A stretch of 64,000 nucleotides of DNA from Candidatus Latescibacterota bacterium (GTDB lineage Bacteria > Latescibacterota > UBA2968 > UBA8231): positions 480,001 through 544,000 of the forward strand of contig CBDCXV010000009.1 of NCBI GenBank assembly GCA_965223905.1. Direction: 5' to 3'. The notes below the pieces were generated by a model. The model ran no database searches. It was not told where the DNA came from and saw only the letters and a program-made list of their open reading frames with translations. Positions 34,653 to 43,875 of this stretch are shown here, in pieces (the stretch's first letter is position 1; each line of letters starts with the position of its first letter). The position numbers were made by a program, and so were the translations under genes.

Positions 34653-37384
34653 GACTGCTCCAGCTAAGTCTCAATGCCAGAGATCAAGGGACGGTGGGTT
34701 CTACAGCCGCATTTCTCGAGAGTCGTCTCGAGGAAAAAGGAACTATCGAGTGGGCATTACGTCTTGGTTCAAACGACATCGTAAAGCGCATTGCAACGCT
34801 GTGGTTGCTAAACCGAAAGGAAGGAATAGCCCTCCGGGAACCTTGGCGATCAGCATGGCGAATAATTGAGGAAAGCTGGAATCACCCGACCGTCCGGTAT
34901 GATTTAAGACGGAATGAATACATAGTAAAGGATCGATTATCCTCTGGAGAGAGGTCCGATTCTCTCGTCTCCGCAATCGTCGATCTCGTTGCGCCGAGGT
35001 TAGTTCTCAAATCCTACGGTACCCGGGAACGTGAACTCTATAAAATCCCAAAGCGCCCGAGAACGTTCCACCATCTTTTTCGTTCAAGTTTGAGTTGCGG
35101 GAAAACGATCGATCCGAGTTTTCTTGGATTGGACCGGTTGATGGATGGTGAATTCATCCTTTCTCTTGCCAACGCTCTAGACGCCGCTGTTGTGCGTGGA
35201 CTGAACCTTGCACGCGGCATAGGCTGGGCCCATACACACCTCCACTTGCGTCGTGTATATCACGTATCGGAACCTGAACGTAGCGAAGAAACATATGAGC
35301 CAGATGAATTCAACCAGGATATCGCACCGCCGGTGAAGCTTCTTTACGCAGTTGCTTCCCAGCTCATAGAAGTCGACAGCTCCGCAGCTCAGGGTTTTGT
35401 CAGTCGATGGAACCGAAAAGACTCCCCGATTCATTTGCGGCTTTGGGCCGCAATGTCCCGTGATCCACGGGTAACGTCTGCAAAAGCGGTAGGTGACTTT
35501 CTCCTACGCTTGAATTACCGGCTATTTTGGGACGTGCATCACCATCCTGAAATAACCGAACTTCGCGCCCGGCGCTTTTCCGAGTTGGGCGATTCTACAC
35601 AAAAAAGGGTCACCAAAAGAATACGGAGGGGTCCACCCCGCCGGTTCTGGCCTGAAAATGAAAATGCGGACTCTGACCGCGTTGATGAGGCTCGTCTATA
35701 TTGGATTGTTCGCGAACTTAAACGGATTGAAGTCGCCGGAGGAACATTGCCACAAGCGGACCGGGTTTGGCTTGAAACGAACATTGTCCGGTTCTCCGGT
35801 TTAGCTGAAATGAACCGGATCGATGAGGGATTTCTGGATTTACCGAAGGGGGAATCGTTGCCCGCAGACCCAGTCCTTTCACTGGATACCTGTAAAGATA
35901 TTGATCGGTTAAGGACACTGGATCAGGCATTCACACCTCCCCGTAGTGGATGGGTTGATGATCCGGGGGAGCTGTCATGGGACTGGCTCAGGGAAAAAGG
36001 CAACGCTCTGAAGGTCTTGAAGGATTTTGAAGCAAGCCCCAGTGGCGGAGCGGAATTCCCGAAGGTCTGGGAACGCTTTGGGTGGGCACACTCGCCTCCA
36101 GAGGACCAACAGCAGGAAACCAATGAGAGGGATTTACCCTCTGAGGCATGTAGGGTTTTGGAACTACTTCAGAAGTTGCCTGAAGAGACCCTATCAAAAG
36201 CTATTGATGGCATTACCCACTGGCTTAGTGCTTGGCAAAAATACGTTGTAGACTTGCCCAACTGGTCTGCTGTCTGGTACCGTGTCTGGCCGTTAGCCGT
36301 TGCGAAAACAAACGGAATCCAGCCACTGAACGGAGACTCTACCTCTCACACCGAAGTAAGCCTCCATCTCGACAGAGACTGGGATCACGATATCCTAAAC
36401 ACCTCCGCAGGCAAGCTCGTTGGGGTTTTTCTTACAGGCTGCCCTGACCTTGTAATCGATTCCAAACCATTTGATTGCTCCAGCGAATTGCACAAGATGA
36501 GGGCTCAGGTTGTCAACATTTCCGGACGGGCGCGATTAATCGCGAAGCTTCGTATGATCTTGGACTTGGAATATTTCCTGAAAGCCGACCAAGAATGGAC
36601 GGAAAATCATCTTATTGAGCCCCTTCGTGCAGACGAGGACGAGGCATTGGTGCTCTGGAGTGCCATCGGTGGGCGGAGGCGATTTCGAGGAGTATTGGAA
36701 ATAATAGAAAGCGACATGGTTGAACGATCTACGGATGCCCGACTTGATCGCGAGACCCGCCGTTCACTTGCATTCAGCCTTGTGGTCGAGTCCCTGCATG
36801 CCCTTCGCGAAAGGCGGGAACCAGCAGTCCCGTATGACCAGATCCAGCAAATGATACGGTCCTTGGAAGCCGAAGTTCGTACATACTGCGCAGAAACGAT
36901 AACCCGTTTCGTGAATGATCTTTCGGAACCAAGCGACCAGGAACCCGACCCTCCGTCACGAGAAGATCTATTCCTATCCGCTGCAAAGCCCTTTTTGGTA
37001 CAGGTCTGGCCACAAGAGCGTTCCTTGGCGTCACCCGGGGTCAGCGCTGGGCTGTCCAGATTACCCGCGGCGGCTCGCGGCGAATTTGCGGAAGCAGTTA
37101 ACGCGGTCGAACGCTTTCTCATACCCTTCGATTGCTGGTCAATGCTCGAATATGGACTGTATGGCAACGACGACGACGAAATGCCAAAGCTCTCAATGAT
37201 TGAAGATGAAGCCAGGGCAGAGGCACTACTGGGCCTTCTGGATCGGACGGTGGGGACGGCTGAAGACTCGGTAATCCCTCTTGATCTGGGAGATGCACTT
37301 GATCAGATACGTGGAGTCGCCCCAAATCTTCCTCAAGCCTCGGAATACCGTCGCCTGGAGACAGCCGCTCGCCGGGCAGTATAG
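34649..37384 (+). CDS. Large helical protein resembling the C-terminal (sensor) part of DSR1-like sirtuins
   Basis: ATGA overlap with the SIR2 gene; long open frame with Trp-rich helical motifs ('LRLWAAM...FWD...RRGPPR'). Family link is from memory. Confidence 0.6.
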   Translation: MRLLQLSLNARDQGTVGSTAAFLESRLEEKGTIEWALRLGSNDIVKRIATLWLLNRKEGIALREPWRSAWRIIEESWNHPTVRYDLRRNEYIVKDRLSSGERSDSLVSAIVDLVAPRLVLKSYGTRERELYKIPKRPRTFHHLFRSSLSCGKTIDPSFLGLDRLMDGEFILSLANALDAAVVRGLNLARGIGWAHTHLHLRRVYHVSEPERSEETYEPDEFNQDIAPPVKLLYAVASQLIEVDSSAAQGFVSRWNRKDSPIHLRLWAAMSRDPRVTSAKAVGDFLLRLNYRLFWDVHHHPEITELRARRFSELGDSTQKRVTKRIRRGPPRRFWPENENADSDRVDEARLYWIVRELKRIEVAGGTLPQADRVWLETNIVRFSGLAEMNRIDEGFLDLPKGESLPADPVLSLDTCKDIDRLRTLDQAFTPPRSGWVDDPGELSWDWLREKGNALKVLKDFEASPSGGAEFPKVWERFGWAHSPPEDQQQETNERDLPSEACRVLELLQKLPEETLSKAIDGITHWLSAWQKYVVDLPNWSAVWYRVWPLAVAKTNGIQPLNGDSTSHTEVSLHLDRDWDHDILNTSAGKLVGVFLTGCPDLVIDSKPFDCSSELHKMRAQVVNISGRARLIAKLRMILDLEYFLKADQEWTENHLIEPLRADEDEALVLWSAIGGRRRFRGVLEIIESDMVERSTDARLDRETRRSLAFSLVVESLHALRERREPAVPYDQIQQMIRSLEAEVRTYCAETITRFVNDLSEPSDQEPDPPSREDLFLSAAKPFLVQVWPQERSLASPGVSAGLSRLPAAARGEFAEAVNAVERFLIPFDCWSMLEYGLYGNDDDEMPKLSMIEDEARAEALLGLLDRTVGTAEDSVIPLDLGDALDQIRGVAPNLPQASEYRRLETAARRAV

Positions 37385-37438
37385 CAAGGCCCGTACCAGA
37401 AAGGCGGAGTAGTCGAGGCAACGCCCGAAAGAGAATGA

Positions 37439-38650
37439 ATGAACCTGCCTTACCCCACAACTACTCTCGAATCTCTGATGGCGGATCTCGAGTCCGAGTC
37501 CGTCGAGCGCAAGGAGTCGCTGCAAGGGGATGCCCCGACCCCGATTCGTCAAGCCGTCTGCGCATTTGCCAACGACTTGGCCGACCACCGGACGCCGGGG
37601 ATAGTCTTCGTGGGCGTGCGCGATGACGGAACCCCGACCGGTCTCCATATCACCGATGAACTGCTACTCCAACTCGCCGATATCAAGACCGACGGCAACA
37701 TCGTGCCGCCGCCCACGTTGTCGGTCGACAAGCACGTCCTTTCGGGCAAGGCGGTGGCCGTTGTCTCTGTTAAACCTTCGGATTCTCCTCCGGTGCGCTT
37801 TCGGGGGCAAGTCTGGATTCGCGTTGGGCCCCGGCGTGGTATCGCGAGTGCCCAGGATGAGAGGATCCTGAACGAGAAGAGACGGCATCGCGATCCTCAT
37901 TTCGATGCTCACCCCGTTTCCACCGCCAGCCTCAACGACCTGGACCTGCGTCGTTTCGACGAGGAGTACCTGCCTTCAGCCTTTGATCGCGCGATCCTTG
38001 CCGTCAACGACCGCAGCACCGAAGAGCGTCTCGCCGCCACCAAGATGATCGCCTCGGTCGATGATCCCGCGCCGACGGTAACGGGCCTCCTCGTCCTGGG
38101 AACGCGGCCCCGGGAATTCCTCCCAGGCGCCTATGTGCAGTTTCTCCGCATTGCCGGGAAGGAGTGGGGTGACCCGGTTGAGGACGAGGTCCGTTGCGAC
38201 GGACCGATTGCCCATCTGGTAGCACGTCTGGATGACAAGCTCCTCGCTCACAACCACATGGCCGTGGACTTCACCTCCGCCCCCGTGGAAACACGCCAGC
38301 CGACCTACCCTATCGCGGCCTTGCAGCAGCTTGTGCGCAACGCGGTCATGCACCGCACCTACGAGGGAACCAACAGTCCTGTCCGGGTGTACTGGTTCGA
38401 TGACCGCATCGAAATCTCAAGCCCGGGGGGCCCCTTTGGCATCGTTACAGTGGAATCGTTCGGGCAACCTGGTGTCGTGGATTACCGCAACCCCAATCTG
38501 GCGGAGGCCATGCGTGTCCTCGGCCTCGTACAACGATACGGCTTCGGCATTCCCACGGCGCGGCGGGAATTGAAGGAAAACGGGCAGCCGGAGCCGGCGT
38601 TCGAGGTCCAACCCAACTGGGTCCAATGCACGGTGAAGGCGAGGCTATGA
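37439..38650 (+). CDS. Schlafen/AlbA_2 domain protein with RecG-C-terminal-like (HATPase_c_4) domain
   Basis: 'ESESVERKES...CAFAN...VGVRDDG' and 'LVRNAVMHRTY...DDRIEISSPGG...YRNPNLAEAM'. Confidence 0.85.
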   Translation: MNLPYPTTTLESLMADLESESVERKESLQGDAPTPIRQAVCAFANDLADHRTPGIVFVGVRDDGTPTGLHITDELLLQLADIKTDGNIVPPPTLSVDKHVLSGKAVAVVSVKPSDSPPVRFRGQVWIRVGPRRGIASAQDERILNEKRRHRDPHFDAHPVSTASLNDLDLRRFDEEYLPSAFDRAILAVNDRSTEERLAATKMIASVDDPAPTVTGLLVLGTRPREFLPGAYVQFLRIAGKEWGDPVEDEVRCDGPIAHLVARLDDKLLAHNHMAVDFTSAPVETRQPTYPIAALQQLVRNAVMHRTYEGTNSPVRVYWFDDRIEISSPGGPFGIVTVESFGQPGVVDYRNPNLAEAMRVLGLVQRYGFGIPTARRELKENGQPEPAFEVQPNWVQCTVKARL

Positions 38651-39650
38651 GCATCCCTGTCCTGACTTTCTTCAACATCAAAAGAGGCGTTTGGAAGACG
38701 GCGCTGATCTATCACGTTGCTTCCATGCTGTCCAAGCTGGATCGTCCGGTGCTCGCCGCCGATCTCGACCCCCAGGCCAATCTGACGGCCGCTTTTCTGC
38801 AGGAAGGAGAACTGGAGAAACTGTGGGAACCATCCCCTGATGACACAATTGGGAAAACCATCTTCCAGTGCATCGAGCCGCTGAACGATGCAGGCGATAT
38901 CCGGGAGCCTTGCCTTCATCGGATCGACGATTACCTGCACCTCCTTCCTGGCGATCTCGCGCTCTCCGGTTTTGAGGACCTGCTTTCCGCAGAATGGCCC
39001 AACTGCCTAGGGAGCCAGAACCTCTACCGTCCCTTCCGGGTCATCACCTCGTTGTGGCAGGTGTTGCAGCAGGGGGCCCGCCAATGCGACGCCGATCTAA
39101 TCTTCGTCGACGTCGGCCCCAGTTTGGGGGCCATCAACCGGTCTGCTTTGATCGCCGCGGATTTTGTCGTCGTACCGCTGGGAGCAGACCTTTTTTCGCA
39201 GCAGGGTCTGCGCAACCTCGGCCCGGCGCTCAGGCGCTGGCGGGCCGATTGGGCAAGGCGGCGCGATAGCTGGGGCGAGCCGGCCTTCGACCTGCCGGCT
39301 GGAAACATGCACCCCATAGGTTACCTGGTTCAGCAGCACGGCGTGCGCCTGAGCCGCCCCATCCAGGCTAATGACCGCTGGGTGAAACGACGCCGGAGGA
39401 GTACGCGCGCAGCGTCCTGGGGACCGGACAAACGCCGCAATCGCTCACCTTGGAGACCGACGGCAACCGGATCGCTACGGTAAAGCACTTCCGCAGCCTG
39501 ATCCCGCTTGGACGGGAGGCCCGCAAACCTATCTTCGACCTGACCGTGGCCGACGGTGCCATCGGCAGCCACGCGGTGGCCGCCAGCGATGCTTTCCATG
39601 ACTTCAAGGAAATCACAGAGGAAATCCTGCGGCGCATAAGGGCCGACTGA
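38647..39650 (+). pseudogene. ParA/Soj-family ATPase with degenerate Walker A and a frameshift
   Basis: 'FFNIKRGVWKT' replaces KGGVGKT; DLDPQANLT and DVGPSLG are present. A frameshift near 39390 precedes the C-terminal part ('KHFRSLIP...KPIFDL'), which ends at 39650. Confidence 0.8.
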
Positions 39651-39682
39651 GCCGGAGATCACAAGAAAAAAGGAACGACACC

Positions 39683-40810
39683 ATGAATGAGGAAAACCGA
39701 GACGACCGACTGCATCTTCCTAGCCTGTCAATTACCGGGTTCCGGGGGATTGATGCGCTCACCGTTGAGCGGTTGGGACGCGTGACGTTGCTGGCGGGGA
39801 GGAACAGCGTAGGCAAAACGACTGTGCTGGATGCGGTCCGGGCCTACGGGGCCCGGGGTCACCTTGATGTGTTGTCCAAGATGCTGGAAAGCAGTGAAGA
39901 GGTGGCTACACGTGTTAACGAGAGAGGTCAAGAGACGGTTGGCCCATATTGGGAGGCGATCTTCTACGGACGGGATGCTTCCGATGGGGCCACCTTATCG
40001 ATAGGCCCAAACAACGATCAGAATCGGCTTGAAATTGAAGCCGTCCGCCCAACAACGCTCCTTGCTGCTTGGCAAATCAGGTCACGTGGAATTCCGACAC
40101 GCAGTCTCAAATTTGTATTTCAAGGAGAGGAACTAGGAGAAACTGGACTATTCTGCCCTTACGCTTTGAGTACAAAAGTCTCCAGGAGCCGTCGCGTATA
40201 CCAATCATCAGGATGGACTTTTGGAAAAGTCCCCGCCGAAATTACGTGCGAGTCCATAGGACCTGGTCTGTTGAACAACAACGAGATCCTTGAACGCTGG
40301 AATGTAATCGCATTAACTGACGATGAGGACCGGGTGGTGAATGCTTTGCAGCCCATCCTCGGCGGCGAAGTGAGTCGCATTGCGATCATCGGAGATGAAA
40401 AATACGATTCACGAGCAGTGGCGAAGCTCCAGGGGCAGGAGTTTCCAGTACCCCTCAGAAGCTTTGGTGACGGCGCCCAGCGTTTGTTCGGCGTCGCTTT
40501 GGCCATTGTCAACAGCAGGGACGGATTTCTGCTCATCGACGAAGCGGAAAACGGCATTCACCACTCCGTGCAGCGCGATTTCTGGCGCATGGTGTTGCTG
40601 GGAGCTCAAGATAACAACGTGCAGGTCATTGCGACGACGCACAGCTACGACTGTGTGCGCGGCTTTGCACAAGCGATGACCGAGTGCGAAGGGATCGAAG
40701 GGGCGCTCGTCCGCATTGAACGCGAGGACGGACACCTGCGCGCGGTCGAGTATTCAGAGCGCAACCTCAAGGCCATTGCCAAGCAACCCACTCCTGTTGA
40801 GGTGAGGTAG
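39683..40810 (+). CDS. ABC/AAA_15/21-type ATPase
   Basis: 'GFRGI', Walker A GRNSVGKT, signature SFGDG, Walker B LIDEAENG, TTHS. Confidence 0.85.
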   Translation: MNEENRDDRLHLPSLSITGFRGIDALTVERLGRVTLLAGRNSVGKTTVLDAVRAYGARGHLDVLSKMLESSEEVATRVNERGQETVGPYWEAIFYGRDASDGATLSIGPNNDQNRLEIEAVRPTTLLAAWQIRSRGIPTRSLKFVFQGEELGETGLFCPYALSTKVSRSRRVYQSSGWTFGKVPAEITCESIGPGLLNNNEILERWNVIALTDDEDRVVNALQPILGGEVSRIAIIGDEKYDSRAVAKLQGQEFPVPLRSFGDGAQRLFGVALAIVNSRDGFLLIDEAENGIHHSVQRDFWRMVLLGAQDNNVQVIATTHSYDCVRGFAQAMTECEGIEGALVRIEREDGHLRAVEYSERNLKAIAKQPTPVEVR

Positions 40811-40814
40811 ATGT

Positions 40815-41420
40815 ATGCCTGGTAAGGACCGCGTTCTTCTCGTCGAGGGGCCGGATGACGAGCACGTCGTCCGGCATCTTTCCATTCGCCACGAAGGGAT
40901 GCCCCAATTCTGCATTCTGCAGAAGGAAGGAATAGAAAATCTGCTCGATTTCATGGGCTTGGAGATTCTGGAACCCGGCCGCAGGGCCGTCGGTATCCTC
41001 GTGGACGCCAACGAGGATCTTACCGCTCGGTGGAGTGCTGTCGCCAACAGGCTTCGAGAGGAACATATCGAGGTGCCTGACGGTCCCGAGACAGGCGGCA
41101 GCATTGTGGACGGCTCTCCACGAATTGGCATCTGGTTGATGCCGGATAATTCTTCGCCAGGGGAGCTCGAGGATTTCGTCTCGGAAATGATCCCCGCCGA
41201 CGATCCAGTTTGGCCGTTAGCCCAGGACTACATCGACGGAATACCGAGGGAAGACCGGAAGTTTACCGAGAAAAAGATTCAGCGGGCAAAGCTCCATGCC
41301 TGGCTGTCAACCAGGGAGGATCCCAGACCGATGGGTGTCGCCATCCGCACGGGGGATTTGAGGGTGGATGGAAAACTCAGCACAACATTCGCGGACTGGC
41401 TGCGGAAGCTGTTCAATTGA
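40815..41420 (+). CDS. DUF3226-like TOPRIM-fold protein, partner of the upstream ATPase
   Basis: 'LLVEGPDD...VDAN...WLMPDN..GELED...KLHAWL'. Confidence 0.75.
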   Translation: MPGKDRVLLVEGPDDEHVVRHLSIRHEGMPQFCILQKEGIENLLDFMGLEILEPGRRAVGILVDANEDLTARWSAVANRLREEHIEVPDGPETGGSIVDGSPRIGIWLMPDNSSPGELEDFVSEMIPADDPVWPLAQDYIDGIPREDRKFTEKKIQRAKLHAWLSTREDPRPMGVAIRTGDLRVDGKLSTTFADWLRKLFN

Positions 41421-41445
41421 ATTGGTTTGGTACCAGTACCACATC

Positions 41446-42675
41446 ATGAGTTCTGCTGAACTGAATCTTGCCCGCCGACTCCGGCTCGGAGATGACTCGC
41501 CTCTGGAGGTCATGCGCGTCCTGCTGTCCGGTAGCCTCGTCACCAGCCCGGACCGAAACGAACTGGCCGACCAGCTCGCCGCCTTTGCCAACTCACGTGG
41601 GGGAACCCTCGTCATGGGAGTGGACGACGCCACCCACGAGGTTCTGGGCATCCCATTGGATTCCCTGGATGCGGTGGAGACCTGGGCCCGTGAAATCTGC
41701 AACGATTCCGTGAAACCCGCGCTCGACGTCGACATCCTGAAGCTCGAATTGCCGGACACTTCCGGAACACTCGTTCCGGTCGTCCGCATCGAGGTCCCCC
41801 GCGGCCTGTTCGTTCACGAGAGTCCGGGCGGATACTTCCACAGGACGGTCAGGTCGAAGCGAGAAATGGCACCCGATGTGCTGGCCCGGCTCTTCCACGA
41901 ACGCAGCCAAGGCGGTATGATCCGCTTCGACGAATCGCCGGTGCCCCGCACCGGGCCGGGCGATCTCGACTATTCCCTTACTCGCCGGTTCCTGCGGGAG
42001 GATTCTCAGGAGAGCGTCAACGAGGCGGCGGCACGAAAGCTCCGCCTCGTGGCCGATGACCAGGACGACGTCGCGCGACTCACGCTCGCCGGCGTTCTGC
42101 TGGGTACGCCCGAGCCGCAAAAGTGGCTACCCCACGCCTGCATACAGGCGGTCAGCTATGCGGGTGAGCGCACCGATGCCGACTATCAGACCGACGCCCG
42201 GGACATAGGGGAATCGCTCGACGAGCAGGTTGCGGAAGCCCTGTACTTTGTGCGGCGGAACATGCTGGTGCGGGCGACCAAGACGACGGCCCGGGTCGAG
42301 TGCCCGCAGTTCAGCGAACGGGCCGTTTTCGAGGCCCTGGTGAATGCCGTGGCTCACCGCGACTACTCCGTGGCAGGTTCCCGGATTCGTCTGCATCTCT
42401 TCGGAGACCGCCTCGAGCTCTACGTCCCCGGTGCCCTGGCGAATACCCTCTCGCCGGACAGTCTGCACCTGCGGCAGGCCAGCCGGAATGAACTCATCGC
42501 CTCCCTTTTGGGTCGCTGTCCTGCGCCCGGCGGTTTCGGCCGGACGCATTTGATGGACCGCCGCGGCGATGGCGTGCGGATTATCCGGGAAGAGTGCAGG
42601 CAGCTTTCGGGCCGCCTTCCTCAATACAACCTGGTTGACGACATCGAGTTGCGGTTGGTGATCCGGGCGGCATGA
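41446..42675 (+). CDS. Second Schlafen/AlbA_2 plus HATPase_c_4 domain protein
   Basis: 'LAAFANSRGGTLVMGVDD', 'EALVNAVAHRDYS...DRLELYVPG...SRNELI'. Confidence 0.82.
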   Translation: MSSAELNLARRLRLGDDSPLEVMRVLLSGSLVTSPDRNELADQLAAFANSRGGTLVMGVDDATHEVLGIPLDSLDAVETWAREICNDSVKPALDVDILKLELPDTSGTLVPVVRIEVPRGLFVHESPGGYFHRTVRSKREMAPDVLARLFHERSQGGMIRFDESPVPRTGPGDLDYSLTRRFLREDSQESVNEAAARKLRLVADDQDDVARLTLAGVLLGTPEPQKWLPHACIQAVSYAGERTDADYQTDARDIGESLDEQVAEALYFVRRNMLVRATKTTARVECPQFSERAVFEALVNAVAHRDYSVAGSRIRLHLFGDRLELYVPGALANTLSPDSLHLRQASRNELIASLLGRCPAPGGFGRTHLMDRRGDGVRIIREECRQLSGRLPQYNLVDDIELRLVIRAA

Positions 42676-43160
42676 AGCTCTCTACCATCGGCTTCACCAG
42701 GAAACCTGCCCGCCGATTTTTCGAACTACTCCGTCAGTCGGGCGCAAAGCGTGTCGTCGACGTGCGGCTCAACAACGGGTCGCAGCTCGCCGGTTTCACC
42801 AAGAAGGATGACCTCCCCTACTTTCTCGATAAGCTTTGCGGCATGGAGTATGTCCACCTTCCCGCGCTGGCCCCGACGAAGGAGATCCTCGACGACTTCA
42901 AGAAGCGGAAGGGCGACTGGAAGACCTACGAGGACCGCTTCCTCGCCCTGATGCGGGAGCGGCGGATCGAGGAGACGGTCCCCAGGGAGATCGTCGCGGA
43001 CGGCTGCCTGCTGTGCAGCGAGGACAAGCCCCACCACTGCCACCGGCGTCTCGTTGCCGAGTACCTGAACGAGCATTGGGGGGGGCGTCGAGATCTCCCA
43101 CCTCGGATAGAGGCATGGCATGATACCCGCCTCGGAAACATTCATACCGATCATGGTTGA
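42672..43160 (+). CDS. DUF488 family protein
   Basis: 'TIGFT...DVRLNN.SQLAGF...CLLCSE..PHHCHRRLVAEYL'. The natural end is probably TAG 43110 if the G8 run at about 43078-43085 is one base too long. Confidence 0.85.
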   Translation: MKLSTIGFTRKPARRFFELLRQSGAKRVVDVRLNNGSQLAGFTKKDDLPYFLDKLCGMEYVHLPALAPTKEILDDFKKRKGDWKTYEDRFLALMRERRIEETVPREIVADGCLLCSEDKPHHCHRRLVAEYLNEHWGGRRDLPPRIEAWHDTRLGNIHTDHG

Positions 43161-43443
43161 GCGCATCGTGGAGGGCTTCGCGCCTTACCGCGTAGTCCTT
43201 TTCGGCTCGCACTTGCGGGGCGCGACCCACAAGTGGAGCGACGTCGACTTGCTGGTGGTGTTGCCGAACGGTACCGATCAGCACCATGCCGCCGTCGAAA
43301 TCCACCGGGCCTTGGGCGATCTGCCGGTGGCCAAGGACATCGTCGTGACCACGCCGGAGGAAATCAGCCGTCGCGGTCACGTCATCGGTGGTGTGCTGTA
43401 CGCGGCACTGCGGGAGGGGGAAACCATCTATGAACGACCCTGA
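43120..43443 (+). CDS. Minimal nucleotidyltransferase (MNT) antitoxin
   Basis: 'LFGSHLRG....SDVDLLVV'. Confidence 0.88.
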   Translation: MIPASETFIPIMVERIVEGFAPYRVVLFGSHLRGATHKWSDVDLLVVLPNGTDQHHAAVEIHRALGDLPVAKDIVVTTPEEISRRGHVIGGVLYAALREGETIYERP

Positions 43444-43834
43444 GCGCCTCCGTGAAGGGCGTCGCTGGCTTCGTTTCGCGAGGGAGGATCTCGATGTGGC
43501 GAAGGAGTTGCTTGGCGGGCGACGAATCCGACACGCCTGCTTTTGCGCCCAGCAAGCGGCCGAAAAGGCGCTAAAGGCGGCGCTCCTGCTTGAGGGACTC
43601 GAGATCCCCTACATACACGATTTGAATGCCGTGCGGAACCGGTTACCTGATTCGTGGTCCGTGCGGAGCGAACATCCCGATCTTGCTGAACTCACGGTAT
43701 GGGCAGCTGAATCTCGGTACCCCGGGGATTGGCAGGAGGCCACAGCGGTCGATGCCGAACGGGCGGTGTCGCAGGCCGGAGGGGTCTACGACTCAATAGC
43801 GGCCGAGTTCGAGCAGCGCACAAACGCTGAATAA
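43430..43834 (+). CDS. HEPN domain protein (MNT-HEPN pair)
   Basis: 'WLRFAREDL...AQQAAEKALKA...HDL...SRYP'; overlaps the MNT end. Confidence 0.85.
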   Translation: MNDPERLREGRRWLRFAREDLDVAKELLGGRRIRHACFCAQQAAEKALKAALLLEGLEIPYIHDLNAVRNRLPDSWSVRSEHPDLAELTVWAAESRYPGDWQEATAVDAERAVSQAGGVYDSIAAEFEQRTNAE

Positions 43835-43875
43835 GTCATTAAAGGCCCCACCCCAACGGAAAAGAGAACCAGCAT

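Noticed and set aside
43078-43160. Extended DUF488 C-terminus or programmed frameshift at the G8 run
   Set aside because: One fewer G gives a typical end (WGGVEISHLG*), so a homopolymer error or slippage is the simpler explanation.
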